From the NCBI GenBank assembly GCA_910589375.1, contig CAJUTK010000002.1:323188-387187 (forward strand): 64,000 nt of DNA, read 5' to 3'. Both the position numbers and the translations under genes were made by a program. Below the pieces are notes generated by a model, which did no database searches, was not told where the DNA came from, and was given only the letters and a program-made list of their open reading frames with translations. The stretch is from an uncultured Bacilli bacterium (GTDB taxonomy: Bacteria; Bacillota_I; Bacilli_A; RF39; UBA660). Below, in pieces: positions 48,828-58,250 of the stretch. How positions within the stretch are numbered: the first letter of the stretch is position 1; each line of letters starts with the position of its first letter.

Positions 48828-50405
48828 ATGAATATGAATTTAGGACTTACTGATACATTAAATAGAGTATTAGGGTCAAAAGGAATTGCAAAAAAAGGAT
48901 TTGTTTTATTAAATACTACTAAGAAGAAAATTGTAGCTGCAAGTTTAGCATTTACATTAGCTGTAGGTGGAGGAACAGTTGCTTATAATCATTTTAATGG
49001 TGGATCTGCTGCTGACGTACCAGCACCACAGAATCCAGTGGTTACAAATGATTCAGAGACTCCAACAGATACTCCTGTTGCAACGGATCAATTTGGAATT
49101 TTAGCTGATGGTTTAGAAATTGATGGCTTAGGCATGAAAAATGATATGTTAACAATTGAAGAACAAGCTAAGAAAATAGCAGAGGAAATGGGTGCAACTT
49201 ATGATGGACCTTCATATGATGTAACTGATAAAGATGGTAATCCACAAAGTTGGGTTAGTGAGGACGATTATAATAAAGCAGTTGATGCTGGTTTACAAGA
49301 TGCTCCTGTTGGTACTGAAGTTACTACTTATGATCAAGACGTATTTGTTGCTGATGATGGTACTCCATTTGAAACAGAAGCTGATAAAGATGCATGGAAT
49401 GCTTATTTAAAACAACAAAATGACGGTAAAACTGGTACAGTTATAGAAACTGAAGGTAATGTTTATGTAGCTGAAGATGGTACTGTATGGGCTTCAAAAG
49501 AAGATGCAGATGCCTATAACAATTCACAAAATGGTACAGTAACTACTGTTACTGATGGAGATGTAGTAGAAGCTGGTGAAGGATATAGAGATCCAGAAGG
49601 TAATTATTGGACTAGCGAAGCAGAATATCAAGCTTATATTTCAGGTGTTAACAATATTAATGGCGGAAATAGTGTAGTTGGCGGAAGCGATGTAACTTAT
49701 GAAGATGATAACTTATATCGTGCACCAGACGGATCAGTATGGGCAAGCGAAGCAGAATACCAAGCATATATTTCAAATATCAACAATGTAGTTGGTGGAG
49801 ATAATGTAGTTGGTGGAAATGATGTAACTTATGATGATAATTTCTACCATGCACCAGATGGATCAGTATGGGCAAGTGAAGCAGAGTATCAGGACTATAT
49901 AAAGAGTCAAAGTTCTATGTCAGGTACTTTTGTACAAAATACTTCAACAGGAACACAAACCCAAGAACCACCAATAGAAGCAACAGATGATTTCTATCAC
50001 GCACCAGATGGATCAGTATGGGCAAGTGAAGAAGAATACCAAGCATTTGTAAATAGTCAACAATCTGAATCTGCAACTTATACTCAAACTTCTGCTGCAG
50101 AAACACCAGCACAAGAGCCACCAATAGAAGCAACAGATGATTTCTATTATGCACCAGATGGATCAGTATGGGCAAGCGAAGCAGATTATCAAGCTTTTGC
50201 AAATAGTGCTGTAGAAGAATCTCAAGAAGTAGTGGAGAGTTCTGAAGAAGAAAAGAAAAATGATATTGTTTTAGATGAATATGGCGGATACATTGATCCA
50301 GAAACTGGTTTCTATTGTGTAGATGGCGAATATTATGCTACGAAAGCAGATTATATTGCTTATAGACAAATGGAAAATGGTAATGATAACGAAAAAACAA
50401 TGTAA
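48828..50405 (+). CDS. secreted or membrane-anchored protein built from about nine ~20-aa repeats (consensus Y-x-A-P-D-G-S-V-W-A-S-E-A-E-Y-Q-A-Y); unknown family
   Basis: N-terminal signal-anchor (IVAASLAFTLAVGGG); repeats YRAPDGSVWASEAEYQAYIS, YHAPDGSVWASEAEYQDYIK, YHAPDGSVWASEEEYQAFVN, YYAPDGSVWASEADYQAFAN and more degenerate copies. Confidence 0.7.
   Translation: MNMNLGLTDTLNRVLGSKGIAKKGFVLLNTTKKKIVAASLAFTLAVGGGTVAYNHFNGGSAADVPAPQNPVVTNDSETPTDTPVATDQFGILADGLEIDGLGMKNDMLTIEEQAKKIAEEMGATYDGPSYDVTDKDGNPQSWVSEDDYNKAVDAGLQDAPVGTEVTTYDQDVFVADDGTPFETEADKDAWNAYLKQQNDGKTGTVIETEGNVYVAEDGTVWASKEDADAYNNSQNGTVTTVTDGDVVEAGEGYRDPEGNYWTSEAEYQAYISGVNNINGGNSVVGGSDVTYEDDNLYRAPDGSVWASEAEYQAYISNINNVVGGDNVVGGNDVTYDDNFYHAPDGSVWASEAEYQDYIKSQSSMSGTFVQNTSTGTQTQEPPIEATDDFYHAPDGSVWASEEEYQAFVNSQQSESATYTQTSAAETPAQEPPIEATDDFYYAPDGSVWASEADYQAFANSAVEESQEVVESSEEEKKNDIVLDEYGGYIDPETGFYCVDGEYYATKADYIAYRQMENGNDNEKTM
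49630..50215 (+). repeat. intragenic near-identical tandem DNA repeats (about 123-bp and 150-bp units) encoding the PDGSVWASE motif
   Basis: gcaccagatggatcagtatgggcaag(c/t)gaagcaga... occurs four times; a stretch of more than 60 nt, ccaccaatagaagcaacagatgatttctat...gcaccagatggatcagtatgggcaag, is repeated at about 49969 and 50119. Confidence 0.8.
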
Positions 50406-50426
50406 TAAAAGTAAGAAAAAAGGGGT

Positions 50427-50458
50427 AAAGATTGAGAATTTCTCAATCTTTTTTTATT
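50427..50458 (+). terminator. strong rho-independent terminator
   Basis: AAAGATTGAGA-att-TCTCAATCTTT (11-bp stem) followed by T7. Confidence 0.85.
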
Positions 50459-50529
50459 TTTTTAAAATTTTGTTGTTACTAAGTTTAAAATGTGATATGA
50501 TAAATATAGAAAAAATAGGAGGGTAGTTT

Positions 50530-50841
50530 ATGAATCAATTGAAATATGCTAATTTTCGTTTGTTACTGGATTCTAAAGCTAACAGTGTTGGGGTTTCAAA
50601 AACAGATTGTGTGAGACATGTGCTTTCAGGTATGTATAAACTGACTCTACTTAGTAAAGAAGGTTTTGTAGGTCTAAAAAAGTTGCAAGAAAGACAAGCA
50701 CAAGATTTAGAAATTGATACTCGTAAAGCTGTGAATAAAGCACTTCAAGATAATCCTATTGTTAATCCGAGGGATGAAGAATATATACAAGAAGTGAGAT
50801 CTTTTGTTAGAGGCGAGATTAGAGGAAGGTTTCATCGTTAG
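50530..50841 (+). CDS. hypothetical cytoplasmic protein
   Basis: 103-aa ORF with RBS AGGAGGG. Confidence 0.4.
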   Translation: MNQLKYANFRLLLDSKANSVGVSKTDCVRHVLSGMYKLTLLSKEGFVGLKKLQERQAQDLEIDTRKAVNKALQDNPIVNPRDEEYIQEVRSFVRGEIRGRFHR

Positions 50842-50852
50842 GGGGAAATGAA

Positions 50853-51107
50853 ATGAGCAGAAGTAGAAAAATATCCCTTTCCATTGTGGCAATAGGCTTG
50901 CTATTAGTTATTGGAAAGAACTTTGGAAATGGAAGTTTAGGTACAAGTGTAGTAAATGTAGGAAATAGAGATTATTATCAAGATGAAGATGGGGCTTTAT
51001 GGGAAAGTAAGAAGAGCTATGAAAATTATGATGATACTTCTTACTTTGTAGCACCAGATGGAAGCTATTGGGTAAATGAATATCGTTATTTACAATCAAA
51101 GAGATAG
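50853..51107 (+). CDS. small secreted protein with two copies of the DG-x-x-W-x-S repeat
   Basis: signal/TM segment (ISLSIVAIGLLLVIG); DEDGALWESKKSYENYDD and YFVAPDGSYWVNEYRYLQ. Confidence 0.5.
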   Translation: MSRSRKISLSIVAIGLLLVIGKNFGNGSLGTSVVNVGNRDYYQDEDGALWESKKSYENYDDTSYFVAPDGSYWVNEYRYLQSKR

Positions 51108-51144
51108 TTTTCTCTCTTTTTTTATGATAGAAAGATGGTAAAAT

Positions 51145-52140
51145 ATGAAAAAATTCATAAATTTTGTAAGAGATAATTGTTTATTTCTTATCATATATGT
51201 TGTTGTATTCTCCTTATTAATGGTTAAATTTCCATATTATATAGATGCACCAGGAGGTCTTATTAATGTTGACAATAGAATTGAAATAGAAGGAGGTTAT
51301 CTTTCTTCAGGCAGTCTTAATTTAGCTTATGTGACAGAATATGAGGCGACTTTACCTATGCTTTTTATATCTCTATTTAAAGATGATTGGGATGTTTATC
51401 CAAAGAAGAGTAATGAAGTATCTGATTCTTATGAAGATTTACTTGCTAGAGATAGATTATGGATGAAAGCTTCCTATGCGAATGCAACTATTTTGGCTTA
51501 CGAAAAGGCTGGTAAGGAAATTGAAATTACAGATAGAGAGCTTTTTGTTTTATATATTTATAAAGAAGCAAATACTGATTTGAAGGTAGGAGATGAATTG
51601 CTATCAGTAGAAGGAAAAGAAATACATGATAGAAAAGACTTGGCTTTAGCGATTTCTTCTAAAAAAGCTGGAGAATCTATTTCATTAAAGGTTCTTCATA
51701 ATGGAAAAGAATTTGATAGAACGGCAGAAGTTCTTGAAATAGATGGTACTAAGATTATTGGTATAGTTCCTTCTGAGATTAGGGAGTATAAAGCTAACCC
51801 TAGTATTAAAATATCTTATGGAGATTCAGAATCTGGTCCAAGTGGAGGATTGATGGTTACTTTAGCAATTTATAATGCTTTGGTAGAAGAAGATATTACA
51901 GGAGGGCTTACTATTGTAGGTACTGGAACTATTGAATCTGATGGTACTGTTGGTGAAATCGGAGGAGTAGAATATAAATTAAAGGGCGCAGTTGCTAAGA
52001 AAGCTGATTTATTTTTCGTGCCAGCTGGTATTAATTATGAGGAAGCTATAAGGTTAAAAGAAAAGAAAAAGTATTCTATTACTATTGTACCAGTTTCTAC
52101 TTTTGATGAAGCTTTAACTTATTTGAAAGAGAATGTATAA
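51145..52140 (+). CDS. SepM/YlbL-family membrane-anchored serine protease (PDZ plus Lon-like S16 C-terminal domain)
   Basis: N-terminal TM helix; PDZ region (LKVGDELLSVEGKEI); Lon-like serine motif GPSGGLMVTLAIYNAL. Confidence 0.75.
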   Translation: MKKFINFVRDNCLFLIIYVVVFSLLMVKFPYYIDAPGGLINVDNRIEIEGGYLSSGSLNLAYVTEYEATLPMLFISLFKDDWDVYPKKSNEVSDSYEDLLARDRLWMKASYANATILAYEKAGKEIEITDRELFVLYIYKEANTDLKVGDELLSVEGKEIHDRKDLALAISSKKAGESISLKVLHNGKEFDRTAEVLEIDGTKIIGIVPSEIREYKANPSIKISYGDSESGPSGGLMVTLAIYNALVEEDITGGLTIVGTGTIESDGTVGEIGGVEYKLKGAVAKKADLFFVPAGINYEEAIRLKEKKKYSITIVPVSTFDEALTYLKENV

Positions 52141-52201
52141 TAAATATTTGCAAACATTCTCTTTTTATGGTAGAATAGGTTCAATTAAGGAGGCTTGTGG
52201 T

Positions 52202-53176
52202 ATGAGAGTAAATAAAGAAGCCGCTTCAAAGATTAGAGGAAGGGCAAAAAAAACATTACGAAATTTCGTGAAAAGTAGTAGAGATACTGCTCTAGTATTA
52301 CCATCAGTACAAATTTTTTGTTCTGAAAAAATGACACAAGATTATCCCACTTACGCATATGTTCCTTACAATCAATTATGGGGGAATAAGGAAGCTATTC
52401 ACAAAATATCTATTCGGGTTGCTAATAATGGTTTAGGAATTGTCAATAAAAAAGATGCAAATCCAGAATTATTAAAAGAAATTTATCATTGCTTAGGAGA
52501 GGCAAAAGTAGAGAATTCAAAATATGATATTATTACTTTCCGTTTATGGAAAGATAATTCTAATATTCCTACAATTGATAGAACTTCATTTGCTTTCTAT
52601 AAGAAAAATATATCTTTATTAAGACCTTTTACTTGCATGGATGCTTATTTGCCAGTTACTGTTTTTATGGCACCAGATGGTCAGCAATGGGTTGATGAAA
52701 GAAATTATATAGTATATGCGAGTAATCAAAACGCAGTATATCAATGTAGTGATGGTACTCTTGCTAATTCTTATGATAAATTTAAAGATTGGGAATGTGA
52801 GTTAGCATATCATCCTCGTAATCCTTTATGTCCAACTTATTCAGACTCTCAAGAAACATTAGAAACTATTGGATATTTAGAGTGTAGTGATGGCACTATT
52901 TGGAGAGACTCTACTTTATTAGGGGAATATCTTGAGTGGAAAGAAAATAAAAATTATGGAATGAAAGATGGCCTTTATGTAGGTATGTATGGAACTTGTT
53001 CTAGTTTTGAAGATTATGCTAGATTTTATAATGCAGCTTATTATGTAAATGCTGGATTGTCTCGTGGAAGTCAGTTTTGCGGGGCTTATGGGTTCTTATA
53101 TTCTACTGAGGAAAGTGCTTTTATTTCTATTGATAAATTAAATGGATATCAGAAAGTAAAAAATAAAGAAAATTAA
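52202..53176 (+). CDS. hypothetical Cys-containing protein with three divergent copies of the DG-x-x-W repeat
   Basis: FMAPDGQQWVDERNYIVYASNQ, YQCSDGTLANSYDKFKDWEC and LECSDGTIWRDSTLLGEYLEWKE; preferred start at 52202 follows RBS AAGGAGG (the track ORF starts at 52133); my manual reading of the 3'-end coordinate disagrees with the track by 1 nt. Confidence 0.5.
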   Translation: MRVNKEAASKIRGRAKKTLRNFVKSSRDTALVLPSVQIFCSEKMTQDYPTYAYVPYNQLWGNKEAIHKISIRVANNGLGIVNKKDANPELLKEIYHCLGEAKVENSKYDIITFRLWKDNSNIPTIDRTSFAFYKKNISLLRPFTCMDAYLPVTVFMAPDGQQWVDERNYIVYASNQNAVYQCSDGTLANSYDKFKDWECELAYHPRNPLCPTYSDSQETLETIGYLECSDGTIWRDSTLLGEYLEWKENKNYGMKDGLYVGMYGTCSSFEDYARFYNAAYYVNAGLSRGSQFCGAYGFLYSTEESAFISIDKLNGYQKVKNKEN

Positions 53177-53229
53177 TAGAAAAATGGACTTTGGTCCGTT
53201 TTTTTGTTACAATGAATGAGGTGGTATGC

Positions 53230-55773
53230 ATGAAAATGAGTGACATTGATTACAACAAAATTACGCCTATGATGCGTCAATATATAGAAATAAAAAAAGC
53301 TCATCCAGATATTTTTATTTTTTTTAGATTGGGTGACTTTTATGAGGTGTTTTTTGAAGATGCTGTTACAGTATCTAGGGAGTTAGAACTTACTTTAACA
53401 GGTAGAAATGCTGGATTAGATGAGAGAGTTCCTATGTGTGGAGTACCTCACCATGCTGTTCATATTTATATTGAAAAGTTAGTGGATAAAGGATATAAAG
53501 TAGGAATCTGTGAACAGTTAGAAGACCCAAAAGAAGCTAAAGGATTAGTGGAAAGAGGATTAACTCAAATCATTAGTAAGGGAACTGTTATGAATAGTGA
53601 TAGCCTTTCAGAAAAAGACTTTAATTATATTGGGAATATTTTAGATTTTGAACATGCTTATGGTGTTGCTTATACAGATATTACAACTGGTATTTTATAT
53701 GTTATGTTAGTGCCACATCAATCTACAAAATTGGTAAGTGAAATTGTTTCTTTAGATATTAAAGAAGTAGTTGTCTCATCCAAAGTAGATAGAGGAATCC
53801 TTTCCATTTTAGAAAACCAATTTAAGATTTTAGTGACAATTAATGATGATATAGTAGATATTGAAGATTACAAAAATGTTTATGAAGATATAACAGATGA
53901 TAGACTCGTTATGGCAATTAAACATTTATTAACCTATATTACAAGTACTCAAATGAAGTCTTTGTCACATATTCAAAGGGCAGTTATAAAAGAAAATAAA
54001 AATGTACTAAAGATGGATATGCATACAAAGAGAAATCTAGAATTAACAGAAACTCTGCGTTTAAAGCAAAGAAATTTCTCGCTTATTTGGTTACTTGATA
54101 AAACCAAAACAGCAATGGGCTCTAGAATGCTTAAAAGTTATATTGAAAATCCACTTATCAATAAAGATGACATTAATAGAAGGTATGATGTAGTAGAAAA
54201 ATTATTAGAAGAATTTTTGTTAAAAGAAGATCTTAAAAATTTACTTTATGAAGTTTATGACTTGGAGAGATTGAGTGGTAGAATAGCATTTGGTAATGCG
54301 AATGCTCGGGATTTGATTCAATTAAAAAGTAGTTTAAAAGTATTACCAGATATTGCTAATATTTTGTCTGCTCTTTCTTATTCTACTTTTAGTCCATTAA
54401 CAGACTTATATGAGTTATTAGAAAAAAGCATTTATGAGAATCCTCCTATTGGTATTAAAGAAGGCTCTATTATTAAAGAGGGATTTTCAGAAGAATTAGA
54501 TGAGCTGAAAGATTTACGAAAAGGCGGTAAAGATTTTGTTGCTCGTTTTGAAGCTGAGGAAAGAGAAAAGACTGGAATTAAGACTTTAAAGGTTGGATAT
54601 AATAAGGTATTTGGATATTATATAGAAGTATCTAAAGGAAGTATTAATTTAGTAAAAGAAGAATATGGGTATGAGAGAAAACAAACTTTAAGTAATTGTG
54701 AACGTTATATTAGCCCAATTTTAAAAGAGAAGGAAGCTTTAATATTAAATGCAGAAGAACGCATTATAGAGTTAGAGTATCAATTATTTATAAGTATTCG
54801 TGATAAAATTAAAGAATATATTCCTAGAATACAGGAAATTTCTAAAATTATTAGCGAGATAGATGTATTGCAATCTTTTGCAACAGTGGCAGAAGAGAAT
54901 AATTATATTCGCCCGATTTTAACAGATAAGAGAGAAGTAAAACTAATCGAGAATAGACATGCTGTAGTTGAGAAAGTTCTTGCAAGTGAGTATGTAGCAA
55001 ATGATATCATAATGGATGAAAATACTGATATTTTATTAATTACAGGACCAAATATGGCTGGAAAAAGTACTTATATGAGACAATTTGCAGTTACTGTGAT
55101 TATGGCTCAAATAGGTTGTTTTGTTCCAGCGAAAGAGGCAATCTTACCGGTTTTTGATGCAATTTATACGAGAATTGGAGCAAGTGATGATTTAGTAAGT
55201 GGTGAATCTACTTTTATGGTAGAGATGAAAGAAGCAAATGATGCTGTTTCTAATGCTACAGAAAACAGTTTAGTTTTATTCGATGAATTAGGTAGAGGAA
55301 CTGCCACTTTTGATGGAATGGCTTTAGCGCAAGCAATTATTGAGTATATTCACGATCAAATCCATTCTAAAACAATTTTTTCTACGCATTACCATGAATT
55401 AACGGATTTAGAAAAAACATTAAAGAATTTAAAAAATATTCATGTAAGTGCTTATGAAGAAAATGGGAATATCACTTTTTTACATAAGATTAAGGAAGGT
55501 AGCGTAGATAAGAGTTATGGTATTCATGTTGCTCGCCTTGCATCTTTGCCTGATTCTTTAATAGACCGTGCTACTAATATTTTATCTATCTATGAAAATA
55601 AAGAAAGAAATAGAGATATTAAAGTACAGGAGGCACTTCCACTAGATGATTTAGTTTCTAAAAAAGATGAGCTTAGAGATAAATTAAAGGAATTAGATCC
55701 TTTGCAAATAACACCAATGCAAGCGCTATCAACTTTGGTAGAGTTAAAAGAATTAAGCAAGAAGGAGAATTAA
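53230..55773 (+). CDS. mutS: DNA mismatch repair protein MutS
   Basis: mismatch-binding N-terminus (ITPMMRQYIEIKK...LGDFYEVFFEDA), Walker A GPNMAGKSTYMRQ, DELGRGT, C-terminal helix-turn-helix; preferred start follows RBS GAGGTGG. Confidence 0.9.
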   Translation: MKMSDIDYNKITPMMRQYIEIKKAHPDIFIFFRLGDFYEVFFEDAVTVSRELELTLTGRNAGLDERVPMCGVPHHAVHIYIEKLVDKGYKVGICEQLEDPKEAKGLVERGLTQIISKGTVMNSDSLSEKDFNYIGNILDFEHAYGVAYTDITTGILYVMLVPHQSTKLVSEIVSLDIKEVVVSSKVDRGILSILENQFKILVTINDDIVDIEDYKNVYEDITDDRLVMAIKHLLTYITSTQMKSLSHIQRAVIKENKNVLKMDMHTKRNLELTETLRLKQRNFSLIWLLDKTKTAMGSRMLKSYIENPLINKDDINRRYDVVEKLLEEFLLKEDLKNLLYEVYDLERLSGRIAFGNANARDLIQLKSSLKVLPDIANILSALSYSTFSPLTDLYELLEKSIYENPPIGIKEGSIIKEGFSEELDELKDLRKGGKDFVARFEAEEREKTGIKTLKVGYNKVFGYYIEVSKGSINLVKEEYGYERKQTLSNCERYISPILKEKEALILNAEERIIELEYQLFISIRDKIKEYIPRIQEISKIISEIDVLQSFATVAEENNYIRPILTDKREVKLIENRHAVVEKVLASEYVANDIIMDENTDILLITGPNMAGKSTYMRQFAVTVIMAQIGCFVPAKEAILPVFDAIYTRIGASDDLVSGESTFMVEMKEANDAVSNATENSLVLFDELGRGTATFDGMALAQAIIEYIHDQIHSKTIFSTHYHELTDLEKTLKNLKNIHVSAYEENGNITFLHKIKEGSVDKSYGIHVARLASLPDSLIDRATNILSIYENKERNRDIKVQEALPLDDLVSKKDELRDKLKELDPLQITPMQALSTLVELKELSKKEN

Positions 55774-55789
55774 AAATTCTTCTTTTTTA

Positions 55790-55818
55790 TTGACTTTCTT
55801 GACATCTTTTTTTATAAT
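55790..55818 (+). promoter_or_regulatory. sigma-A promoter (TTGACT-17-TATAAT) for the pilin operon
   Basis: TTGACT at 55790-55795, 17-nt spacer, TATAAT at 55813-55818. Confidence 0.6.
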
Positions 55819-55833
55819 GAATATGGTGAGAAT

Positions 55834-56421
55834 ATGAAAAATAGAGGGTTTACATTAGTAGAATTATTAGCTGTTATTACTTTGATGGCTTTATTAGCAT
55901 TAGCGGCTTTTGAATTATTAGATTCTGTCAATAAAGGAAATAAAGAGAAAGCTGAAAATGTACAGATAAGCAATATTTTAACATCTGCTATTTCCTATAT
56001 TTCAACTAGCGAAATAAAGCTACCAGATGTAGCAGATGCTTATGCTGATAAAAGGGGCATTTCTAATTGTGCGGGCAAATCAAATGGGGAGCTTAACCAA
56101 GCTAGTTATAATGACCTAGAAGATGAAAAAAAAGTTGTTCAAAATATGCAAAAAGAAGGATATACAAAGATATGTAGTACAAGAGTAAGTCTTAAGTATT
56201 TAAGCAAAGTTGGAATTGTTGAATCTAGAATTAAGAATCCTATTACAGGGAAATATTATAGTATGGCTGAATCAGAAATTTTAATTTATTATATTACAAA
56301 TGCTCGTAAAGCAGAAGAGGAACTACAATTAAATTTAACTTATAGAGATGATACTAAAATGGATAAACCATGGAAATATGATGGCAACTATTTATATTTC
56401 TTTGACTTTAAGGAGGAGTAG
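55834..56421 (+). CDS. type IV pilin / pseudopilin
   Basis: MKNRGFTLVELLAVITLMALLALAAFE class III signal. Confidence 0.75.
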   Translation: MKNRGFTLVELLAVITLMALLALAAFELLDSVNKGNKEKAENVQISNILTSAISYISTSEIKLPDVADAYADKRGISNCAGKSNGELNQASYNDLEDEKKVVQNMQKEGYTKICSTRVSLKYLSKVGIVESRIKNPITGKYYSMAESEILIYYITNARKAEEELQLNLTYRDDTKMDKPWKYDGNYLYFFDFKEE

Positions 56422-56428
56422 GTGAATT

Positions 56429-56947
56429 ATGAAAAACAATAGAGGGTTTACATTAGTAGAAATAGTAGCAGTGGTAGTTATTTTAGGATTAATAGGGCTC
56501 TTTGTCGGACCTGCTGTAATCAAAGTAATCCGTGGAGCTAGAACGGATGTAAAAGAGGTAAATATAGATACTGTTTTAAATGCTGCTTATGATTTTTCTC
56601 AAAAATATATGAAAATTTTACCAGATTCTACACCTGGTGTTGTAAGTGAGGAAGTATGTGCTTACGAATTAATTACTTGTGGCCTATTAAAATCTGAGAT
56701 AGTAAGTGGTAAAAATCCTCAAATAGAAAACTTTGAAACGGCCACATTTTCTATTACTTATTGTGATCAGGTTCATGACGCTAGTGAGGTAGCAGGCACT
56801 TCTTTATCAGCTTGTGTTAGTGATCCTACAGATGGTAAATATTTTGGTCACTATCTTTTTACTTATCATGAAAATGGAAATGTAAGTAATTGTGATAAGG
56901 TTAGTTGTAGATATCGTCCTAGTTTAAATACAGATACAACTTCTTAA
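56429..56947 (+). CDS. type IV pilin / pseudopilin
   Basis: MKNNRGFTLVEIVAVVVILGLIGLFVGPAV class III signal; RBS AGGAGGAG. Confidence 0.75.
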   Translation: MKNNRGFTLVEIVAVVVILGLIGLFVGPAVIKVIRGARTDVKEVNIDTVLNAAYDFSQKYMKILPDSTPGVVSEEVCAYELITCGLLKSEIVSGKNPQIENFETATFSITYCDQVHDASEVAGTSLSACVSDPTDGKYFGHYLFTYHENGNVSNCDKVSCRYRPSLNTDTTS

Positions 56948-56975
56948 GTGGTTAAAGAATAGAGGGAGAAGAATC

Positions 56976-58250
56976 ATGAAAAAGTATTTATTAAGTATAG
57001 CAATTGTTTTTACATTCTTTTTAGGAATAGAGACCACTTATGCTATAGAGAATCATAAGAATGAAGAAAATAGTGATAATTTATATACTTTAACCTTATC
57101 TGGTGAGTATGACTATGATATTATTTATGAAGTATTAACTCTCGTAAATACATATCGAAAAAAAGAGGGTTTGAATACTTTAAAACTTGATAATACTTTA
57201 ACTGAGATTGCTATGACTAGAGCTCGTGAAACTTCTACATACTGGAGTCACACTAGACCAAATGGTAATAGTTGGAGTACTTTAGTAACCCACTATACAG
57301 GCTATGTAGGAGAAAATATTGCTGTAAATTATATCAATCCTAAAGATGTTATGATAGGATGGATGGAGTCGAAAGGTCATCGCGATAATATATTAAACTC
57401 CAGATGGAATTCTATTGGAATTGGCTACTATAGAATTGGCAATAATATTCTTTGGGTTCAAATCTTTAGTGATAAAAAAACAGTAGCTACTGTTGAGAAA
57501 AAAGGAAACATCAAAGAAATTGATGGAACAGTAGAAATATTAAGCAATTATATTGATTTTCGTGTATTATGGGATAAAGATTCTATTTCTGTAAAAGTGG
57601 ATGAACAAGTATCTCCTAATGGAGTAGAATTTATCAATAATGGCTATGATAAAATTGTAATACCAACTGCTAAAGAGGATTATATTTGGAAGAGTTCTGA
57701 TACTAATATTTTTACAGTAGATGAAAATGGGAATATTTACGGTAAAAAAGTAGGAGATGCTATCCTATCCGTTTCTATTGGAAATGTAGAGAAGAGATAT
57801 CCAGTAAGTGTTAGTGCAGATTTAAAATCTATTTCTCTTCTAGAATCTATTTCTCTATCTATTGGTAATACTAAAGAATTAAGCGTAATTTATTATCCAG
57901 AGAATGCAACGCTTCCAGTAAATAGTGAAGTTATATGGACTTCAAGCAATCCAGAGGTCGCAACCGTTAAAGATGGAAAAGTAGTTGCAATTAGTACTGG
58001 TACTGCTACTATTATGGCAACTTTAGGTGATAAAAAGGCAAGCACCAAAGTTACTGTGCTTCCTACTGTTTTAGGAGATAGCGATGGAGATAATGTAATA
58101 GGAATTAAAGATTTAGTTAATTTTTTCCATGCAACTAGTAGATCTATGACTTCTGTTAATGATTTAATGACTTTAGATATTAATAAAAACGGATATATTG
58201 ATATCATGGACATCTTTTATATGATGTATAATGGTTATCTAAATAGGTAA
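56976..58250 (+). CDS. secreted CAP (SCP/PR-1/YkwD-like) domain protein with Big_2 Ig-like domains and a C-terminal dockerin-like double Ca-binding repeat
   Basis: signal peptide; CAP motifs (HTRPNG..., GWMESKGHRDNILNSRWNSIGIGYY); Big_2-like segments; dockerin-like DSDGDNVIGIKDL and DINKNGYIDIMDI. Confidence 0.65.
   Translation: MKKYLLSIAIVFTFFLGIETTYAIENHKNEENSDNLYTLTLSGEYDYDIIYEVLTLVNTYRKKEGLNTLKLDNTLTEIAMTRARETSTYWSHTRPNGNSWSTLVTHYTGYVGENIAVNYINPKDVMIGWMESKGHRDNILNSRWNSIGIGYYRIGNNILWVQIFSDKKTVATVEKKGNIKEIDGTVEILSNYIDFRVLWDKDSISVKVDEQVSPNGVEFINNGYDKIVIPTAKEDYIWKSSDTNIFTVDENGNIYGKKVGDAILSVSIGNVEKRYPVSVSADLKSISLLESISLSIGNTKELSVIYYPENATLPVNSEVIWTSSNPEVATVKDGKVVAISTGTATIMATLGDKKASTKVTVLPTVLGDSDGDNVIGIKDLVNFFHATSRSMTSVNDLMTLDINKNGYIDIMDIFYMMYNGYLNR

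Noticed and set aside
49915-50202. 95-aa ORF on the minus strand inside the repeat gene
   Set aside because: It is an antisense artefact of the in-frame tandem repeats (its product is itself repetitive) and has no RBS. The same applies to the other short antisense or overlapping ORFs in the track, e.g. 2090-2293(-), 5018-5353(-), 13368-13643(-), 26114-26411(-), 43724-44032(+), 44309-44725(+), 57893-58213(-) and 60410-60607(-).
52133-53176. One-nucleotide disagreement between my manual reading of the stop codon position of the 52202 ORF and the ORF-track end coordinate
   Set aside because: The track frame is consistent at the 5' end and with the downstream mutS start, so I kept the track coordinate. 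The mismatch is most likely my mis-count in an A-rich run and not a biological frameshift.
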